18,669 bases of DNA from Myxococcales bacterium. GTDB taxonomy: Bacteria; Myxococcota_A; UBA9042. Every line of letters starts with the position of its first letter. The stretch's first letter is position 1. The notes under the pieces are model-generated. The model made no database searches, was not told the origin of the DNA, and was given only the letters and a program-made list of their open reading frames with translations. The stretch spans positions 1-18,669 of the forward strand of contig JBBISH010000120.1 in NCBI GenBank assembly GCA_037441385.1. Reading direction: 5' to 3'. Below, piece after piece: positions 13,745 to 18,669 of the stretch. Both the position numbers and the translations under genes were made by a program.

Positions 13745-15778
13745 ATGTGTAAGCCCATGTCGGTTCTAGGGATTATCGGCACCCTGGCAGCGCTGCTGGC
13801 GTGCGGCTGCGGCACAAGGCAGACCGGCACGGGCTTTGCTCCGGTGGTGGCCGGCACCGCCTGCACCGCGCCAGGGGCCGCAGTGTGCACCGCGGTCGGC
13901 GCCAACGGCGCGGTCGTGGTTTGTATCAGTGGGCTGTGGCAAGTCGCCCAAGTCTGCGCCGCCGATGGATATTGTGCCGGCAGCGGCAGCACCGCGAGCT
14001 GTGTTGGCGGCGCGGACGCGGCCACGACCGCGGAAACAGCCGCGACGCCGGACAGCGCGACCCCACCCGACACGGCCGCGCCCGTGGACACCGCCAGCAA
14101 ACCAGACGCTGTCACGACCCTGGACTCCACCGCGGATTCGAGCTGCACGTCGGCGAGTCAATGCGACGACGGTAATCCCTGCACCCAAGACAAATGTCTT
14201 TACGGATCATGCAGTTCTGCTTCGGTCGATGGGCCCAACCCCAACTGCAGCGACGGCGACCCGTGCACAGTCGATGGGTGCTACAGCGGCACCTGCAAGA
14301 GCTTCAAAGATGTGCAACTGTGCGCCGCGGACGCCCAGGACGGCGACACGTCCAAGCCTGCCGACACCCTGCAACCCCCCGACGCAGTGGCAACGGACGC
14401 CAGCGACGGCACTGGGGACACCGCGGGCGACGCCAAGGCCGACGCCCTGAAGCAGGATATACCCACGGAAACAGCCCCGGTCGGCGACATCGACGGCACG
14501 ATCGTCGGTGCCACCGAGATGACGGTCGATGTGCCGTCCGGCGCCCTTGTCGGCCAGGACACCCTGGACCCGACCGGCGACGTGGACTACTGGACGTTCA
14601 CGGGCAAGAAGGGCCAGTTGATCGAGATCCTCGTCCAGTCGAACCAGCAGAACAGCCCCTTCGACCCCCTGACCATCGACAGCATGGTCACGCTATACGG
14701 TCCCAACCAGCAGCAGATCGCCTTCAACAACGACGATCCGTCGCTGAATACCAGCGACAGCGAGCTCGTCACGGTGCTGCCGACCGACGGCACCTACTAC
14801 CTCCGCGTGGAAGAGTGCTTCACCTGGGCCAAAGCCCACCCCACGGCCGGCGCCAATTGCGGCGGCACCGCCGACAAGGATAACGTCGACTATTTGATCG
14901 TCGTCTTCGAGCTCAACCCCGCCGAACAAACCAACATCAGCCCCGAGGCCGGCGAGCCCAACGACGGCGTTCCCACCCCTGCGGGCTACCAGCTCGGCAC
15001 CTACAACTACCTGACGACAGTGATGTACGGCGCGCTGTCGAGCGCCACGGACGTCGACAAGTTCGCGTTTACTCCACCGCCGGACTCCAATGTGACTTCG
15101 GGTCGGCCGACTTGTCACTTCAACGTCGGCCCTCCGGGCATCGATGGCAACGGTTCGACGCTGGATGGCCTGATGGCGTCGATCCGTTCGCAGGCGAGCC
15201 CCGGCGTAGTTTTGGCTCAAGTTGATCTGATGAAAGGCGAAATCTCGTTCCCATGCACCCTGGGACAGGCCTACGTCTTGACCCTGGAGCGCACCGCCAC
15301 CAGCACGGTCGGCAGCGCCGACTTCTACGTGGTCTCGCACTTCGTGGGTGGCAGCAATCCGCTGGAGAAGGCCGAGTCGGCCAACAACACCGCTGCCGGC
15401 GCTGAAGCGCTTGCCTCGCAGCCGAACAGCCAAGGCCTACCCAGCTACTACGTGTCAGGTGACTTGATCAATGGCGCCCAAGACGTCGACTACTTCTCGG
15501 TCACGGTGCCCGCGGGCGCCGTGAAGGGTTCGGTCTACTGCGCCGCACAGAAGAGCGGCTCGGGGCTGGTCGGCTTGACCGCCGAGGTCAAGACCGCGAC
15601 CGACGGTGCCATCGCGGGCGGATCGGCGACCGAAGACCCGGCCAAAGGATTGGCGCTCAAGGGCTTGGCGATACCTAGCGGCACCAGCAAGCTGCTGCTG
15701 AAGGTGTCGGCCACTGGGCAGGATCCCGTCAACACTGGCTTTTACTACCTGTGCGGCATGCTGTTGGCCGGGCCCTAG
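13745..15778 (+). CDS. Cys-rich lipoprotein with CDDGNPCT-type repeats and PPC-like (pre-peptidase C-terminal) beta domains
   Basis: ATG 13745 behind GGGAG/GAGG, LLACGC lipobox, CDDGNPCTQDKC and CSDGDPCTVDGC repeats, and three DVD(Y/K)(W/F) modules such as DVDYWTFTGKKGQ...LPTDGTYYLRV. Confidence 0.82.
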   Translation: MCKPMSVLGIIGTLAALLACGCGTRQTGTGFAPVVAGTACTAPGAAVCTAVGANGAVVVCISGLWQVAQVCAADGYCAGSGSTASCVGGADAATTAETAATPDSATPPDTAAPVDTASKPDAVTTLDSTADSSCTSASQCDDGNPCTQDKCLYGSCSSASVDGPNPNCSDGDPCTVDGCYSGTCKSFKDVQLCAADAQDGDTSKPADTLQPPDAVATDASDGTGDTAGDAKADALKQDIPTETAPVGDIDGTIVGATEMTVDVPSGALVGQDTLDPTGDVDYWTFTGKKGQLIEILVQSNQQNSPFDPLTIDSMVTLYGPNQQQIAFNNDDPSLNTSDSELVTVLPTDGTYYLRVEECFTWAKAHPTAGANCGGTADKDNVDYLIVVFELNPAEQTNISPEAGEPNDGVPTPAGYQLGTYNYLTTVMYGALSSATDVDKFAFTPPPDSNVTSGRPTCHFNVGPPGIDGNGSTLDGLMASIRSQASPGVVLAQVDLMKGEISFPCTLGQAYVLTLERTATSTVGSADFYVVSHFVGGSNPLEKAESANNTAAGAEALASQPNSQGLPSYYVSGDLINGAQDVDYFSVTVPAGAVKGSVYCAAQKSGSGLVGLTAEVKTATDGAIAGGSATEDPAKGLALKGLAIPSGTSKLLLKVSATGQDPVNTGFYYLCGMLLAGP

Positions 15779-15791
15779 AGCCCCGGCCGAC

Positions 15792-15904
15792 TACTAGACA
15801 TTCGTTCAGTAATTCGCTGTGCCGGTCGCGTGTCTCCCCCCAAGTGGGGCGCAAGAGAGCGCCCACAGCGACTCACCGGGCCGAGTTCGACGGCTAGGAG
15901 GCGC
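15792..15904 (+). repeat. Duplicated upstream segment, copy 2 (includes family B left arm)
   Basis: TACTAGACATTCGTTCAGTAATTCGC...CCCCAAGTGGGGCGCAAG...GCGACTCACCGGGCCGAG. Confidence 0.85.
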
Positions 15905-15989
15905 GGAGAAGGTCCAAATCGATCGGCTCCTTGAGCCTGGCCCGGCGCGGCTGCGCACTGGTCGTCGCCAAGAACTCGCGGAGGTAGAT

Positions 15990-17063
15990 ATGCACAAGCA
16001 CCTGTGGAGTATCAGGATCCTTGCCGCGACATCTGTCTTGTTGGCGGTGGGTTGCGGAACTGGCCAAGCCGGGAGGAATCCTGTAGCGGTAGTGGCCGGC
16101 AGCACGTGCGGCACTCCGGGGGCAACGATGTGCACCTTGGTTGGCACCAACAGCGCCGTCTTGGTCTGTGAGGGCGGGCTGTGGCGGGTCACCCAGGTCT
16201 GTGCGCTTGGTGTGTTGTGCGCAGCCACGGGCAGCTCTTTCGGCTGTGTCGTGGGCCCGGACGCCGTGGACGCCTCTGACACCGCGGACATCTTGGCGGA
16301 CACCGCGACACCAGACACCGCGGCGGCGCAGATTTGCACGTCGGCAGGTCAGTGCAGCGACGGCGACCCGTGCACGGCAGACGAGTGCAAGGACGGAACT
16401 TGCCAGCACTCCGCGGACTGGCAGCTTTGCACGGCAGACGCCGATGGCGGCGACACGTTGGCGACCGACACCACCGGTGTGGACGTCGGGGACGCAGGGC
16501 AAGCGGACTCGCCAGATGCCGCGGAGCCTGATGCGGCGGCGGCCCCGGATGCGGGTCCGCCCAACCCGGATGCCATGGCCGACACAGCGGTCGACGCCGG
16601 ATCGGCGGCCAAGTGTAGCCCCAGTTCGACCGCCGTGGACAACTGGAACCTGTGTGCGCCAGAGCCGGTCAACCCCGGTGGCAAGCTGCATGGCGAGGCC
16701 TGCGCAAGCGATGCGGAGTGCCTGTACGGACGCTGCATGTTTGGCCTTCCGCTGGCCGGCTACGACCCGTCCATCGGCATCTGCAGCAAGAACTGCGGGC
16801 TCCAGGGATCGGCGTTTGCGGCGTGCAGCATCGAAGAAGGCCAGCCCACCGCCAACGATGCGTACTACTGCACCCTGGAGAGGAGCACCCAAACGGGCAA
16901 TACCTATCGCAACGCCAACCTGCCCGTATTCAAGATGTGCGCGCACGGCTGCAAGACGAACGCGGACTGCATCGCGTGGAACCCCGCACTGCCCTCGTGC
17001 CTCAAGCAGTCGACCATCTCGCTGTCGACCAACCCAAAGGGGGTGTGCGCGAAGGTGCCGTAG
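15990..17063 (+). CDS. Cys-rich lipoprotein, N-terminus paralogous to 13745-15778
   Basis: GGAGGT RBS, LAVGC lipobox, shared GCGT.Q.G...VVAG..C..PGA..C...GLW.V.QVCA domain, CSDGDPCTADEC repeat, and a different Cys-rich C-terminal domain. Confidence 0.85.
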   Translation: MHKHLWSIRILAATSVLLAVGCGTGQAGRNPVAVVAGSTCGTPGATMCTLVGTNSAVLVCEGGLWRVTQVCALGVLCAATGSSFGCVVGPDAVDASDTADILADTATPDTAAAQICTSAGQCSDGDPCTADECKDGTCQHSADWQLCTADADGGDTLATDTTGVDVGDAGQADSPDAAEPDAAAAPDAGPPNPDAMADTAVDAGSAAKCSPSSTAVDNWNLCAPEPVNPGGKLHGEACASDAECLYGRCMFGLPLAGYDPSIGICSKNCGLQGSAFAACSIEEGQPTANDAYYCTLERSTQTGNTYRNANLPVFKMCAHGCKTNADCIAWNPALPSCLKQSTISLSTNPKGVCAKVP

Positions 17064-17117
17064 GGAATTGGTCTCGCCGTGCAGGCAGCGCGGCGGCCGG
17101 GTTCCTATCACGACCCA

Positions 17118-18111
17118 GGTGTCAGGTATTGCCACTTGCCACATAGACCACCTTCCTCGGCCGAGGACTATCCGCCAGCGCTTGGATCCACGCCCGCAAT
17201 TGCGGGTCGGCGTGGCGCCGGGCCTCTACCTTGGCGATTCTCTTGGATACCTGTGCATGGCTGCTAGCCAGCGCCGCGGCGATGCGGCCGTGGTCAATCC
17301 CGCAGTGCCGACTCAGCCACCACGCGGCCAGCCAACTGGCGGGATTGCCGCGCGGCCCAAACGCTAGTGACTGCAATTGCTCTATGGTTTGCCCAGTTAC
17401 CGCACTGACCGCCTGCAGGGCGTCGGCCAGTTGCCAGAGCGGTTCAGCAAGATTGGGCACGGCCACCGCGCCGGTGCTGCCCGGTGCCCACAGGCGCTTG
17501 GCGTCGAAGTCCTCGGGCGCCGTCGCCGTGCCGTCGCGCACCGAGTCGAAGTACTGGGAATAGTCGGCCTGGCTGCCAAAACTGCTCTGCAATTCCGCGG
17601 TGGTCAACCAGTCGGGCCGGGGCACCGCGCCGACATACGCGGCGTGGCTGGTCCACAAAGGGCTGTCGAACGGCCCCGCCTCGGCCCGCAGCGGATTCTG
17701 ATGCACATACATCAGCAAATGCCGCCAATACGCCTCGCTGTTGACCAACCTGTTGTGGTAGCGACCGCGAAACAGCGGGCCATCCCAGCGGTTTTGCCGG
17801 TTCAGCCGCCGCGAGAACTCTGCCCCCACATGGCGCATCGCGCGTGGCAGTTCGCCGGTCACCGATTCGACCAGCAGGTGGTAGTGGTTCGGCATCAGCG
17901 CGTAGCCGTGAATTCGCACGCTGAAGCGCGGCAACTCGGCAAGAACCGACAGAAACAGCGCGCGGGCCTCGTCGTCCAAGAAGACGGGCTGCCGGCGCGC
18001 GCCGCGGTTCATGACATGGTGGCGGGCCCCTGGAAAGTCAAGCCGTGGAAGTCGCATGGATTCAAGGCTAGCCCCAATGGGGCTATGTGGCAAGTGGCAA
18101 TACCTGACACC
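17118..18111 (-). mobile_element. 994-bp RAYT-type element bounded by perfect 29-bp inverted repeats
   Basis: GGTGTCAGGTATTGCCACTTGCCACATAG (17118-17146) and its exact reverse complement at 18083-18111 enclose only the transposase. No target duplication is visible. Confidence 0.8.
17122..18057 (-). CDS. REP-associated tyrosine transposase-like HUH/Y1 protein with C-terminal DnaA-like HTH
   Basis: MRLPRLDFPGARHHVMNRG, YALMPNHYHLL (HUH), GPLFRGRY, YVHQNP (catalytic Tyr), WTSHAAY, and a C-terminal helix-turn-helix-like IDHGRIAAALASSHAQVSKRI. Confidence 0.92.
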   Translation of the reverse strand: MRLPRLDFPGARHHVMNRGARRQPVFLDDEARALFLSVLAELPRFSVRIHGYALMPNHYHLLVESVTGELPRAMRHVGAEFSRRLNRQNRWDGPLFRGRYHNRLVNSEAYWRHLLMYVHQNPLRAEAGPFDSPLWTSHAAYVGAVPRPDWLTTAELQSSFGSQADYSQYFDSVRDGTATAPEDFDAKRLWAPGSTGAVAVPNLAEPLWQLADALQAVSAVTGQTIEQLQSLAFGPRGNPASWLAAWWLSRHCGIDHGRIAAALASSHAQVSKRIAKVEARRHADPQLRAWIQALADSPRPRKVVYVASGNT

Positions 18112-18123
18112 GGCCCCCGGCCC

Positions 18124-18669
18124 CTACGGCACCGCCGCACACCCCACACACACGGTCTTGAAGTTGGTCACGTCGCACATATGCACCTTGTTGTCCGTCC
18201 CCAAGCACGACGAGCCCGCCGCAAACGCCGCCGTGCAGCCGGTCTTGGGATTGCAGGCGTCCGCGGTGCAGCTGCAGCCGTCGTTGCACAGCACGGCCGC
18301 GCCACCGGTGCACTTGCCCAGCAGGCACTTGTCGCCCGAGGTGCAGGCGTTGCCGTCGTCGCACGCCAGCGCGTTGTTCTTGTGCGTGCAGGCGCCGGCG
18401 GCGTCGCACAGGTCGTCGGTACAGACGTTGCCGTCGTCGCACGGGATGACCTTGGTCGGGGTGCACACGCCCAGTTGGCAGGTATCGCCCAGGGTGCACG
18501 ACAGCCCGTCGCTGCAGGCGTTGCCGGTGCTCGGCGTGAACACGCAACCGCCGGTCTTGGGGTCGCAGGTGTCGGTGGTGCAGGCGACGTTGTCGTTGCA
18601 GACCTTGGCGGGGCCGGCGCCGCACTTGCCCAGGGTGCACACGTCGTTGAGTGTGCAAGCGTTGCCGTC
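18124..18669 (-). CDS. Cys-rich repeat protein (CDDGNxCTxDxC, Dictyostelium-type repeats), 3' part only
   Basis: Open frame to the window edge (DGNACTLNDVC...), with repeated CNDNVACTTDTC, CDDGNVCTDDLC and CDDGNACTSGDKC. Confidence 0.88.
   Translation of the reverse strand, partial: DGNACTLNDVCTLGKCGAGPAKVCNDNVACTTDTCDPKTGGCVFTPSTGNACSDGLSCTLGDTCQLGVCTPTKVIPCDDGNVCTDDLCDAAGACTHKNNALACDDGNACTSGDKCLLGKCTGGAAVLCNDGCSCTADACNPKTGCTAAFAAGSSCLGTDNKVHMCDVTNFKTVCVGCAAVP

Overview
This is a GC-rich bacterial window. The Cys-rich lipoproteins suggest Myxococcota/deltaproteobacteria, which is an inference only. From left to right it holds: the right end of an IS5-family element; an ECF sigma/zinc anti-sigma pair divergent from a cytochrome P460-like lipoprotein; a broken DUF2652-like gene; and a minus-strand MNIO (DUF692) RiPP operon (secreted SCKG-repeat precursor, DUF692, DUF2063-like partner, second ECF sigma/anti-sigma pair). 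Next come an APH/EcKinase-like phosphotransferase and an AI-2E transporter. A four-gene minus-strand unit follows: class I isoprenoid-synthase-fold enzyme, 89-aa peptide, 6-TM class III cyclase and SAM methyltransferase. It resembles a ComQ-ComX-receptor peptide-signalling system with a cyclase output. The window ends with two paralogous Cys-rich lipoproteins, a RAYT-like HUH transposase bounded by perfect 29-bp inverted repeats, and the 3' part of a Cys-repeat protein. Intergenic spaces carry two interleaved families of short repeats. One is a 132-bp MITE with TNA target duplications, and one copy of it sits inside a solo copy of the RAYT end. All family calls come from motif recognition by eye; no searches were run.
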